Shown: positions 41,098 through 50,392 of the stretch, in pieces
Layout of the letters: the number at the start of each line of letters is the position of its first letter
How positions within the stretch are numbered: position 1 is the first letter of the stretch
Assembly (NCBI GenBank): GCA_043800705.1
Contig: JAZDMS010000040.1
Span: 1 to 64,000 of the forward strand
DNA length: 64,000 nucleotides
Direction of reading: 5' to 3'
Source: Candidatus Altiarchaeota archaeon
GTDB lineage: Archaea > Altiarchaeota > Altiarchaeia > IMC4 > SCGC-AAA252-I15
Program-made: the position numbers and the translations under genes
The notes under the pieces: model-generated
Seen by the model: the letters and a program-made list of their open reading frames with translations, nothing else
Databases searched by the model: none
Told to the model about the DNA's origin: nothing

Positions 41098-42174
41098 ATG
41101 CACCTTGTCACAAACGTACTCGGATCCTTCGTCATAAAGAACGGGAATATAATCCTGCAGGCCCTTTTCCCGCAGGATGCGATACAGGTCGCAGAAAGGC
41201 TGCGCAAGACGGAGAGATCCTTCTGCCTGGAGGAGGCAAAGCTGATAAGGGAGCTGGTCGCGACCGGGAACAGGAAGGTCGAAGTCAACAATCCCCCAAG
41301 GTTCTCGGGATCCGGGCTCAACATGGCATTCGTCAACGAGGCCGAAAGGATCTCGGTATACAAGATAGCGACGGACCTCTACCTCGACCGCAGGGACGTC
41401 GATTCCATGGTCCGGAAGGTCAACCGCCTCCTGGTCCGCGAACGAATGAAGGAAGTCGACAAAGACCAGATCCTCATGCAGGCCGTCGACAGCCTCAACG
41501 ACATAGACGAGGCCGTGAACCGCCTCGTCGAACGCCTCAGGGAATGGTACTCACTGCACTTCCCCGAACTGGACTACATGGTCGCCGCACACGACACATA
41601 CGCCCGTCTCGTCGCCGAAGTCGGGGAAAGAGGCAACTTCGCATCAGCCAAGCTCAACTTCGAGCCGAAGCTGACCGACAGGATAATCAAATCCACCGGG
41701 GACTCGATGGGGGTCGCATTCGACGAAAAAGACATCAAAGCGGTACAAACCCTGGCCAAACCGATACTCCACCTGTACCAGACCCAGAAGGAGGTCGAGG
41801 ACTACATAGGGGAACTCATGCAGGATGTGGCGCCCAACATCAGCGCCCTCGCGGGAGCCGTCCTCGGGGCAAGGCTCATATCGCTCGCACACGGCCTCCA
41901 AAGGCTAGCGACCCTCCCCGCCGGCACCATACAGCTCCTCGGCGCAGAGGACGCATTCTTCAGGTTCCTCAAGACCGGGAAGAAGCCTCCGAAGCACGGC
42001 ATCATATTCCAGCTGCCTGCGATTAGGGGGGCCAGCCGCAACACAAGAGGGAAGATATCTCGCACATTCGCCGCCAAACTCGCGATAGCGGCCAAAGTAG
42101 ACGCCTTTAAAGGCCAATTCATAGGCGACAAACTGAAAGCCGACCTAGAAAAGAGGATAGCATCCCTGAAATAG
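41098..42174 (+). CDS. nop5: Box C/D sRNP protein Nop5 (Nop56/58)
   Basis: ERLREWYSLHFPEL, APN..ALAG..LGARLI, PAGTIQLLGAE, PPKHGIIFQ, AKLAIAAKVD. Confidence 0.95.
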   Translation: MHLVTNVLGSFVIKNGNIILQALFPQDAIQVAERLRKTERSFCLEEAKLIRELVATGNRKVEVNNPPRFSGSGLNMAFVNEAERISVYKIATDLYLDRRDVDSMVRKVNRLLVRERMKEVDKDQILMQAVDSLNDIDEAVNRLVERLREWYSLHFPELDYMVAAHDTYARLVAEVGERGNFASAKLNFEPKLTDRIIKSTGDSMGVAFDEKDIKAVQTLAKPILHLYQTQKEVEDYIGELMQDVAPNISALAGAVLGARLISLAHGLQRLATLPAGTIQLLGAEDAFFRFLKTGKKPPKHGIIFQLPAIRGASRNTRGKISRTFAAKLAIAAKVDAFKGQFIGDKLKADLEKRIASLK

Positions 42175-42180
42175 GCCCCC

Positions 42181-42828
42181 TCAGAGGCCTCTGAGAAGCC
42201 TCATACCAGCAATGCTAGTCCATCCTGCCAGTATCAACGCCTCTATGAACTCTGGCACTGCGAAACCGACGCCCAGCATGTCGTCGACGCGAAACCAATA
42301 CGCCGAACCTATCACTGCCAGAGCCGACAATCCGGCTCCTATGGAAAGATAGCCGGTACCCGCCTCCCTCAAACGCAGGAGGCCGACCCCTGCAGACACC
42401 ATCCCAAGGGGGTAGGCTATGAAATATACCGCAGAGACCAGGATGTGGGCGTTCAATGACTCCTCGGTGTATACTCCGACAAGGGCGAGGCCGACAGCCC
42501 CGGACAATAGCAGGACTGCAGTGGGCCTGATGAGCCCGCTCCTGCGATGCCTATGGACGAAGCCCAGTATGAAAAGGCAGCTCAAGATCCCAGCTATGAT
42601 GAGGCAGCCGTTGAAGATCCACCCATGGCCGGTGACTCCCAGGTCGCTCAAAGCATTGGACCTCCAGCTGAAACCCCCGTCATCTCCCCGGGCTATCCAC
42701 ACGTTAACCCGGTATGGGACGGTTTCCGAACAACCCGGCCCGCAGGCCGCGACCGCTGCCAAGACGCCGAACACCCCGATCAAAGAGGCAATCACGCCAC
42801 ACAAACCAGCCAATCGGAGCATTTCCAC
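42181..42828 (-). CDS. DUF998 family membrane protein
   Basis: FSW..NALSDLG, IFN..LII.G, LVGVYTE, AVPE. Confidence 0.8.
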   Translation of the reverse strand: MEMLRLAGLCGVIASLIGVFGVLAAVAACGPGCSETVPYRVNVWIARGDDGGFSWRSNALSDLGVTGHGWIFNGCLIIAGILSCLFILGFVHRHRRSGLIRPTAVLLLSGAVGLALVGVYTEESLNAHILVSAVYFIAYPLGMVSAGVGLLRLREAGTGYLSIGAGLSALAVIGSAYWFRVDDMLGVGFAVPEFIEALILAGWTSIAGMRLLRGL

Positions 42829-42879
42829 AGATAGGATATGGGAATAAGGATATTATACCGTCCATCCGAGCTCAGCCCT

Positions 42880-43096
42880 TTCTTGCGAAGAATCCGGAAA
42901 GCTGCGCTTTCTGTCGCCGCGGAACTGCGTTCCGCGTAATCGCTAGCGGAAAGAAACATATTCGGTTGATATGTGCATGTTTGTCCATCAGCAGCTACCC
43001 TTGTCGCAAACTTTTCTTTTGTAAAGAAAAGTTTGACCAAAAGAAACATATTCGGTTGATATATGCATATCTGTCCATCAGCAGCTACCCTTGTCG
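42880..43096. repeat. Hairpin cluster plus 57-bp direct repeat flanking an A/T-tract palindrome
   Basis: 42950-43006 and 43040-43096 (3 mismatches); CAAACTTTTCTTT-TGT-AAAGAAAAGTTTG between them; GAAAGC-TGC-GCTTTC and CGCGGAAC-TGC-GTTCCGCG upstream. Confidence 0.85.
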
Positions 43097-43327
43097 TCAC
43101 TGGTCGGACTACTTCGCTGTCATCACATGAACAATTATACTAAGCATACTGGCTATATATCCGGAACAGTGGCCTCATTTTGCCCCAGTGCTAACCTTCC
43201 CCTCCTCCTTGAACATTATCCGAACGCTTCGCCGCTTTTATACTATTCCTCCAATAACTAAACCTATTCAGGAGGGGGGGTGAATAACACTACCTCTCTG
43301 ATAAGTCAAATTGAGGTGAAAAGAAAA

Positions 43328-43534
43328 ATGGCTGACATATGGGGAGAAGTTGGAACATCCGCTGGAAAGCTATGGACCGCATTGAACAATGGAAAGCCCG
43401 CAACCTTGGCTGAAGTCAAGAAAAAAACAGGGCTCGACGACAACATGATGGCTATGGCCATCGGATGGCTGGCCCGCGAAGAAAAAGTAATCATCGACCG
43501 CAAAGGCGCAGTAGTCTCGGTCAAGCTAAAATAG
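43328..43534 (+). CDS. Small winged-helix protein (DUF2582 family)
   Basis: VG..AGKLW..L, AIGWLAREEKV. Confidence 0.85.
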   Translation: MADIWGEVGTSAGKLWTALNNGKPATLAEVKKKTGLDDNMMAMAIGWLAREEKVIIDRKGAVVSVKLK

Positions 43535-43568
43535 GGATAAAAATACTCATCTAGGGGGGTGAGGGGTA

Positions 43569-44735
43569 ATGCGCATAGCAGTATTCTCATGGGAGACGCT
43601 AAATTCCATACCTGTGGGGGGAGTAGCAGCCGTAGTCACGCAGCTGTCAGAGGCCCTTGCCGCAGGCGGTGACGAAGTCCACGTCTTCACGCGGATGTCG
43701 GAAGGCAAACAGGAGCATGAGCGGATAAACGGCGTCTGGGAACACCGCTGCCTCTGCCCCGCATGCGACGACTTCATCGAATACATGGACCACATGTGCG
43801 ACAGCCTCGTCTCATGCTTCCACTGGGCAGAAGAGAAATACGGCAGATTCGACGCCGTACACGGCCACGACTGGCACGTCGTCAACGCCCTCGCGAACAT
43901 AAAGGCGAACAAGGGCTACACGAACGTCGTCTGGACCGCCCACAGCACAGAATACGGCAGAAACGGCAACAACTACGCAGACAACTGGTTCTCGGCAAGG
44001 ATCCGCCACAGGGAATGGCTCGGCGGCTACATATCCTGCAAAGTAACGACAGTATCCCACATCATGCGAAACGAGCTCGGCCGCGAATACCAGATACCAG
44101 AGAACAAGGTCACAGTCATCTACAACGGCACCAACGTCAAAAAGTTCGAGGGCACCGTCGACGCAGGGCGGATAAAGGAAAGATACGGCTTCCACCCCCT
44201 CGACCCGCTGATACTCTTCTTCGGCCGCGTAGCCTACCAGAAAGGCCCCGACCTCCTATTGGAGGCGATGCCCGACGTCATACGCGAGTACTACAACGCA
44301 AGGCTCATCTTCGCAGGCTCGGGCGACATGATAGAACACCTCAAAGGCAGGGCAGCGTACCTCGGCGTGGGGGATAAGATGCGGGTCCTCGGCTACGTCA
44401 ACGAGAAGACGAAGCTCGAGCTCTTCAAGTCATGCGACCTCGTCTGCGTCCCATCAAGGAACGAACCCTTCGGCATAATCACCCTCGAAGCCTGGGCCTG
44501 CGGCAAACCCGTCGTCGCATGCGACGTCGGAGGCCCATCCGAGATAATCGACAACTTCAGGACCGGAGTGAAGGTCAACATTACGCCGGAGAGCATCGCG
44601 TGGGGGATAAAATACCTCCTCGGCGACCGAAGCGGCCAAAGCCTGATGAAGATGGGCGCAGCCTGCCGCAAAGAGGCCGAAAAATACGACTGGAGAGAGC
44701 TCGCAAAACAATACCAGGCAGTATACCGGGCATAG
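43569..44735 (+). CDS. GT4 glycosyltransferase (glycogen-related)
   Basis: FSWE..VGGV, HGHDWH, HSTEYGR, PSRNEPFGI..LEAW. Confidence 0.88.
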   Translation: MRIAVFSWETLNSIPVGGVAAVVTQLSEALAAGGDEVHVFTRMSEGKQEHERINGVWEHRCLCPACDDFIEYMDHMCDSLVSCFHWAEEKYGRFDAVHGHDWHVVNALANIKANKGYTNVVWTAHSTEYGRNGNNYADNWFSARIRHREWLGGYISCKVTTVSHIMRNELGREYQIPENKVTVIYNGTNVKKFEGTVDAGRIKERYGFHPLDPLILFFGRVAYQKGPDLLLEAMPDVIREYYNARLIFAGSGDMIEHLKGRAAYLGVGDKMRVLGYVNEKTKLELFKSCDLVCVPSRNEPFGIITLEAWACGKPVVACDVGGPSEIIDNFRTGVKVNITPESIAWGIKYLLGDRSGQSLMKMGAACRKEAEKYDWRELAKQYQAVYRA

Positions 44736-44775
44736 GAGTGGATAAACTATAATGACCGCCTTCTTTTTGCCGAAT

Positions 44776-45402
44776 TTATGCCTTCAATATCCCCAAAAGA
44801 TGCTGTTTAACGGCATCTATGTCCCTTTTTAGATGTCCCTTAGCCTTCAGGGACTCCAGATCTTCGATGACTGATTCGAGTTTTTCCCGAAGATCATGCT
44901 GGGTGACTCTTCTCTTGAAGTACTCGTAGTCAAACCTCCCGAGGTGAGTCTGGGAAAGAATCACTGACATGCTGCCTATTTCATCCGATTCGGAACCTTT
45001 GATCGCGAGTTTGGACGCCGCTAAATCCTCAGCTGAGATGAAATTCACAGCGACGCCTTCAAACTCCTCAGTTTGTCTGCGTCTCCATGCCTCATCGTCG
45101 AATTCGAACCCGTCCACCTTTACCCAGAAACCCGCCTCCCCTGCATCAGACCTGAAAACAGTGTAGGAGTTACCCAGGAATTCCCTGAAGGATTTGCCCT
45201 CGACCTGCGAGAAACCCGCATCTTCAAGGGATTAAAAAAGGGAATCCTTTACCGTAGATCTGTCCAATGCGACCTCCAAGTCGAACGTCGCCATTGGCGT
45301 CCCATATTTTACGCTTGCCAAGCCGCCGATGACGAGATATCTAACGCACTCTTCCTCTAAGAGCCGACCTAAGCTCCGAAGCAAACTCCCCATCCTGGCC
45401 AT
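44776..45402 (-). pseudogene. Nucleotidyltransferase (MNT-like) interrupted by one in-frame TAA (45232-45234)
   Basis: YLVIGGLASVKYGTPMATFDLEV..SLF*SLEDAGF..ISAEDLAASKL all in one frame. Confidence 0.75.
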
Positions 45403-45499
45403 CTTCCCTCAGCCTGTCGAACTCGGCGAGCCTCCTGCGCCAATCACATCTTCCTGCCATCTCAAGGCATCGAAGAAGCCGCATCCGCCGACGATCCAT
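45341..45499 (-). CDS. Possible small partner ORF upstream of the nucleotidyltransferase
   Basis: 52-aa MDRRRMRLL..RRRLAEFDRLRE overlapping the NTase start. Confidence 0.3.
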   Translation of the reverse strand: MDRRRMRLLRCLEMAGRCDWRRRLAEFDRLREDGQDGEFASELRSALRGRVR

Positions 45500-45531
45500 A
45501 AGATAATACCTGCCTAAACCGAAATAAAAAG

Positions 45532-46803
45532 TCAAACCCCATTTTTCGGTTTTTTCACGGTCTTTTCGGCCTTTTTCCCGGATCCTCCGTTTTCGAGGTT
45601 GTATCTGACCACCTTCTCCTTGAAATCCATTATCGCCGCGTGGTAGTTGAGGCCCGCGTCGAACGGGTTGCCGTGGTGGCTGAAGTACTCGTGGACGGAG
45701 CCGTCGCCCATCCCCTTCGTGCACATGTAGTAATAGTGGTCGCTTATCTGGAACATCTTCCACACCTTCATCATCTCCGGGTTCTTGGAGGCCCTCACGT
45801 CGTTTTCCATCTCCTTCAGCCTGGAGAAGTTCAAATGCTGCATGTGGTTGCCGAGCCATGCGCTGGCGTCCCGCTCCATGTCAGCCCAGCTGACTGTCTC
45901 ATACCAGGGGACCGTGATCTCCCCCCTCGGATAATACCTGTCCGCGACCTCGCTCGGCGTGTTGAACTCCAGGTTCTGCTTCTCCAGTATCTTATGCGGC
46001 ATCGCATCCAGGAAGTGGAATATGCCAGTGTCCTCCCACTGGTGTTCGCCGAAGGTCTCATAGTCCATGAAGATGTTGATCGTGTCCTCGGCCGACCAGC
46101 TCAGCCAGTCCGCATACTTCTCCGCGGAAAGCGGCCAACCCGGCCACCACTTCGCGCTGAAACGGTATCCGACGTCGTCGGAGAGCTTGTAATTCCTCAA
46201 AAGGACCTTCAGCTTCCCCCCCTTCCTCGTATAGACGAAATTAGGGCTTCTCCACCCGTCCAAGACCCTCTCGATCCCCTCGGTGAGTATGGCCTTGAAC
46301 CCCATCTCCTCAGCCTCCTTCGCGATCGTGTCGTGGTACAGGAGCTCCGTGTTCCTGAACACCTTCGGCTTCTGGCCGAGGTAGTCCTTCACCATCTGCT
46401 GGTGCTCCAATACCTGCTCCCTGAACTCCTCCCTCTGCTCGAAGAGGCTCGCCAAGGAATGGTACCTGGTCTCGTTGATGAACTCGCAGCAGCCGGACTT
46501 CCCCAACTGCCTGAAAAGGTCCAAAAGGTCCGGCTCCCACCTCTCCATCTGCTCTAAAATGGAACCGGAAAGCGAATACGAGACCTTGAACTTCCTGTTC
46601 TGGCCTTTGAGGCGGTCGATGTTGGCCATGATGTTCTTCGTCGCAGGCCAATAACACTTCTTCGCCACCTTATGCAAAGTCCACTCATTGAGGCCGTTGT
46701 CGAAATAATAGTCCTCTAGGCCGTTCTTCGGGACCCCATTCGGCCAGAACCACTTCAGACGAAACGGCTGGTGGACTTGAAAATATAAGCAGACGGATGT
46801 CAT
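45532..46803 (-). CDS. Glycoside hydrolase family 57 (alpha-amylase-like)
   Basis: FQVHQPFRL, YHSLA, FRNTEL, LSDDVGYRF, DYETFGEHQW, SWAD.ERD.SAWLGN, SDHYYYM. Confidence 0.92.
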   Translation of the reverse strand: MTSVCLYFQVHQPFRLKWFWPNGVPKNGLEDYYFDNGLNEWTLHKVAKKCYWPATKNIMANIDRLKGQNRKFKVSYSLSGSILEQMERWEPDLLDLFRQLGKSGCCEFINETRYHSLASLFEQREEFREQVLEHQQMVKDYLGQKPKVFRNTELLYHDTIAKEAEEMGFKAILTEGIERVLDGWRSPNFVYTRKGGKLKVLLRNYKLSDDVGYRFSAKWWPGWPLSAEKYADWLSWSAEDTINIFMDYETFGEHQWEDTGIFHFLDAMPHKILEKQNLEFNTPSEVADRYYPRGEITVPWYETVSWADMERDASAWLGNHMQHLNFSRLKEMENDVRASKNPEMMKVWKMFQISDHYYYMCTKGMGDGSVHEYFSHHGNPFDAGLNYHAAIMDFKEKVVRYNLENGGSGKKAEKTVKKPKNGV

Positions 46804-46830
46804 ATCACTCCCCCCGCTTTATTCGGCCCC

Positions 46831-46882
46831 TCTTTCTTTTTCGCCAGCGTTTTTCTTTCTGGGAGAGAAAGAAAAAGGCTGG
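46831..46882. repeat. A/T-tract palindrome of the same type as 43007-43047
   Basis: TTTCTTTTTCG-CCAGCGTTTTTCTTTCT-GGGAG-AGAAAGAAAAAGGCTGG. Confidence 0.75.
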
Positions 46883-46943
46883 GCTTGAACCACTTCAACC
46901 TGAACGGCTGATGGACTTGAAAGTATAGGCAGACTGAAGTCAT
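46881..46943 (-). pseudogene. Duplicate of GH57 5' end
   Basis: MTSVCLYFQVHQPFRLKWF identical over 19 codons, 8 of them synonymously changed; has its own SD-like GAGGGG. Confidence 0.92.
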
Positions 46944-47108
46944 AACACAACCCCCTCACGGCCTAGATGACAGATGCTGAACGAATATATCACCAATACA
47001 CCCCCTAAAAATTCCCCCTAAAAACGACTGTAGAATCATTAGGCGGACGGATATAAAAGGAGAAGATTGCTTTTCGGCAGTTTTACGCCTATTGGGCCTT
47101 GTAGGCTT

Positions 47109-48434
47109 TTAAAATACGTATCCGAGCGATTTGAGCGCATCCAGTTCGTTGGGGTTCGCGGCCGTTTCGTGTTGCGTCATGTTCGAGTGGCGCGTTAGGG
47201 CGTCCGCCAGAGCCTTTTCCACTGCGGGATATTTGCCTATGAGGTCGTTTTTTTCTTCGGGGCCGTCTTTGAGGTCGTAGAGGTGGTTTTTGTCGGATTT
47301 GGTGTGGACGTATAGGTATCTGCCGTCAGTTATGCCCGCTACGGCATCGTTTGTGGTGCCGTATCCTTCGATGATCTCATATCTCCGGCGGTCATGGAAG
47401 ATGTCGCCTCCTTGATAGCCTTCAGGGACGGTTATGTTCAGCATCGTAAGGACGGTGGGTGCCAGGTCGATCAGCCCGACGGGCTCCTGCACCCTGCGCC
47501 CCCGGCCGTTGAGGGGGTCGTAGATTATTAGGGGTATGCGGAAGACGCTTTGGGTTATCCTCGAATGGCCTATGTGGTTGTGTTCTCCGAGGGATTCGCC
47601 GTGGTCTGCGGTGACGACAATAATTGTCCTGTCCATGATCCCTTCGTCCTCCAGGGTCTTGACTATGGCGCCGACCTGTTCGTCGCCGAATCGCACGCCC
47701 ATATCATATGCGTCATCCACCTCTTCGAGGTCTTCCTTGGCGTATTCCCGGTCCGGCCATTCGCTTAAGCTCATGTTGAGGCTGCCGTTGATCCCCCTAT
47801 CGAACATGGATTTGTATTTGGGGTCCTGGGCGTACGGCGCATGCGTCGCGAGATAGTGGGCGTATATGAAGAATTTGCGGCCTTTTTTCCTTTCGATCAT
47901 GCTTTTTGCGTGCTCTGTCAGGTTCCGGTCGTTGTTCAACTTCGTCGAGAGGATCATACGCACGTACTCCTGGAATCCCTGGCCGTAGTTGAGCGGCGCG
48001 CTTATGAATCCGTTCGAGAAGAAGCCGCCGGTCGCGTAGCCCTCGTAGCTTAGGCTTTCCGCGAACGTTGTCTCCTGGTCAGGCAGCCTGTTGTCGGCGA
48101 TGTCGGGGGATCCGTTTAACGAGTAGGCATATGTCCTGTGAACGGAGGGATATTTGGAGGTGAAGATGGTGGCGACAGACGGCTTCGTCCATACCCCCTG
48201 GGTGAAAGCCCTGTCGTAGACGATCCCTTTTTCGCAGAGCCTGTCTATGTTAGGGCTCGTGTTCCTGTAATACCCGTAGCATCCGAGGTGGTCGGGCCTG
48301 AGGGCGTCGATGACTATTACCACCACATTCATCCCAGCATTCCTCCCCGGGGCGGGCTCTTCCGCCCGCTGGCCTAGGGCATATGCGGCGATCAGAATCG
48401 CAGCCGCAATAAAGGCGAATATCCCCCTGCGCAT
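47109..48434 (-). CDS. Exported sulfatase-family protein
   Basis: IVIDALRPDHLG.YGY, WTKPS, HAPY, TADHGE, EH..IGH. Confidence 0.88.
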   Translation of the reverse strand: MRRGIFAFIAAAILIAAYALGQRAEEPAPGRNAGMNVVVIVIDALRPDHLGCYGYYRNTSPNIDRLCEKGIVYDRAFTQGVWTKPSVATIFTSKYPSVHRTYAYSLNGSPDIADNRLPDQETTFAESLSYEGYATGGFFSNGFISAPLNYGQGFQEYVRMILSTKLNNDRNLTEHAKSMIERKKGRKFFIYAHYLATHAPYAQDPKYKSMFDRGINGSLNMSLSEWPDREYAKEDLEEVDDAYDMGVRFGDEQVGAIVKTLEDEGIMDRTIIVVTADHGESLGEHNHIGHSRITQSVFRIPLIIYDPLNGRGRRVQEPVGLIDLAPTVLTMLNITVPEGYQGGDIFHDRRRYEIIEGYGTTNDAVAGITDGRYLYVHTKSDKNHLYDLKDGPEEKNDLIGKYPAVEKALADALTRHSNMTQHETAANPNELDALKSLGYVF

Positions 48435-48495
48435 GCTACCTTATGCTTTTGTCCTATTATATCTTGTATTTTATCCCGGATTCCAAATAATTGTC

Positions 48496-50391
48496 ATGGT
48501 TGCCTCGGACCGATTGGGCGCTTTGAGCTATACTTGTGTGAAGCCGTCTGAGATGGGTTTGGAGGCCGCCAAGCAGTATGAGTGGCTTTTGCCCAACAGG
48601 CTCGGTGGGTATTCGAGCTCGAGCGTATTGGGCCTTAATACGCGGAAGTATCACGGTCTTTTGGTGGCTTCGAGGGGGAATCTTGAGGCCAGGCGGGTGG
48701 TTTTGGAGAGTTTGACGGAGGAGCTGGTCGCAGGCAACGATGTGTACCCGCTCGGCGTCACGGAGTATTCGGACACCGTCGATTCCAGGGGCGTCCAGCG
48801 GCTGAAGAGGTTCACGAGGGGCGTGGAACATGTGAAGTTCGAGTACGACGTCAACGGGACCACTTTGGTGAAGATAATCTACTCGGTGCCGGGGATGAAT
48901 GCGCTCATAGTCTCGTACGGGGTCAGGAACAACTTCGGCCAGACCGTCACGTTGAATGTCCGCCCGCTCGTCAATTCGAGGGCCATCCACGAGTTGAATC
49001 CTCCGGGGAGGGATTTCAAGAGCGTCATCTACGATGGGAAGATCCTGGGCTCCGGCTGCAACGGCGACAATCTGATGTTCGTCAGCGACGACATGGCTCC
49101 GCGCTCCGAGGGCGTATGGTACAAGAACGTCAGGTATTCAATGGAGGTGGAAAGGGGGGAGGCATCGGACGAGGACGTCTACTGTCCCGGCATACTTGAA
49201 CTCAGGGTCGCTTCCTTCAGCACGCGGGAGGCGGAGCTGTTCGTCCTGTTGGCGGACGGGGAAGTCGATCCTGTCAAGACGTTCGCGGGGATACATGAGC
49301 CGCAGTTTCAGAAGTTCCAGCCGGACCCGGTGCATATCCTTGAGTCGGCAGCGGAGTCGTTCATAATCGACATCGCAGACATGAAGAGCGTTATCGCGGG
49401 TTATCATTGGTTCGCGGACTGGGGCAGGGACACGATGATATCCCTCCCAGGACTCACCTTGGTGAACAGGAACTTCCGGGATGCGGAGGAGATATTCGCA
49501 AGGTGGATAGACAATATCGACGGGGGACGGATTCCGACGAAGTTTACCGTCAACGGCCCGGAATACTACGACTTCGACGGCACCCTTTGGATGCTGGACC
49601 GTTTGGGCGATTATTGCAGGCGCGTCGGCCCCGACCGGGCGGCGAGGTTCCTCGCGCCGAGGTGGCATCTTCTGAAGAGCATAGTCCCGTACTACCTGGG
49701 CCTTCTGGAGAACGGCCTCATAAAACACAAGGCTGGGACGTGGATGGACACCCTGGAGCGGAGCAATGCTGTGGAGGTCCAGGCCCTGTGGTATAATGCG
49801 ATCTTCGTCCTGGAGGACGTCTCCAGGATGGTCGGCGACCCGTTGGACGGGGAGAAGCTGAAGGCGGACTTCGAAGCCTCATTCATGGACAAATACTGGA
49901 ACGGGAATTACCTGAGGGACTGCCTCGAAGACGATTCGATCAGGCCCAATCAGGTCATCGCAATCTCACTTGGCCACAGTCCCGTCCCTGACAGGGACGC
50001 CAAGGAGGTGCTGAAGATAGCGAGGGAGGAGCTTCTGAGTCCGTGCGGCCTCAGGACCCTTGACAAAAACGACCCGAAATACTGTCCGAAATACGCGGGC
50101 GGGGTCTCGGAGCGGGCTAAGGCGTACCATAACGGGACCGTGTGGCCGTGGCTCATCGGGCCGTATGCGAAGGCCTGCACGAATCTATACGGTGAAAAGG
50201 GGAGGAAACTCGCGTTCGAAGCAGTGAAGCCGGTCCTTTCTAGGCTGACCGACGGGTGCATTTGCACGTTGGCGGAAATATACGATGCCGAGCCGCCTCA
50301 TGCTGCGAGGGGTGCCGCGAGCCAGGCGTGGAGCGTCGCTGAGGTGTTGAGGGCGTGTTTGGAGGATGCGAAGGTCGACAGGGTGGAGTAG
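48496..50391 (+). CDS. Glycogen debranching enzyme (amylo-alpha-1,6-glucosidase)
   Basis: EWLL.N.LGGYSS, NTRKYHGLL, AGYHWF.DWGRDTMISLPGL, RPNQ, YHNGTVWPW, QAWSVAE. Confidence 0.92.
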   Translation: MVASDRLGALSYTCVKPSEMGLEAAKQYEWLLPNRLGGYSSSSVLGLNTRKYHGLLVASRGNLEARRVVLESLTEELVAGNDVYPLGVTEYSDTVDSRGVQRLKRFTRGVEHVKFEYDVNGTTLVKIIYSVPGMNALIVSYGVRNNFGQTVTLNVRPLVNSRAIHELNPPGRDFKSVIYDGKILGSGCNGDNLMFVSDDMAPRSEGVWYKNVRYSMEVERGEASDEDVYCPGILELRVASFSTREAELFVLLADGEVDPVKTFAGIHEPQFQKFQPDPVHILESAAESFIIDIADMKSVIAGYHWFADWGRDTMISLPGLTLVNRNFRDAEEIFARWIDNIDGGRIPTKFTVNGPEYYDFDGTLWMLDRLGDYCRRVGPDRAARFLAPRWHLLKSIVPYYLGLLENGLIKHKAGTWMDTLERSNAVEVQALWYNAIFVLEDVSRMVGDPLDGEKLKADFEASFMDKYWNGNYLRDCLEDDSIRPNQVIAISLGHSPVPDRDAKEVLKIAREELLSPCGLRTLDKNDPKYCPKYAGGVSERAKAYHNGTVWPWLIGPYAKACTNLYGEKGRKLAFEAVKPVLSRLTDGCICTLAEIYDAEPPHAARGAASQAWSVAEVLRACLEDAKVDRVE

Positions 50392-50392
50392 T

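Noticed and set aside
42714-43130. ORFs with duplicated peptides near 43 kb
   Set aside because: Translations of the non-coding 57-bp direct repeat and hairpins.
40939-43327. Box C/D guide RNAs near nop5
   Set aside because: No properly spaced RUGAUGA/CUGA pairs were seen in the neighbouring intergenic DNA.
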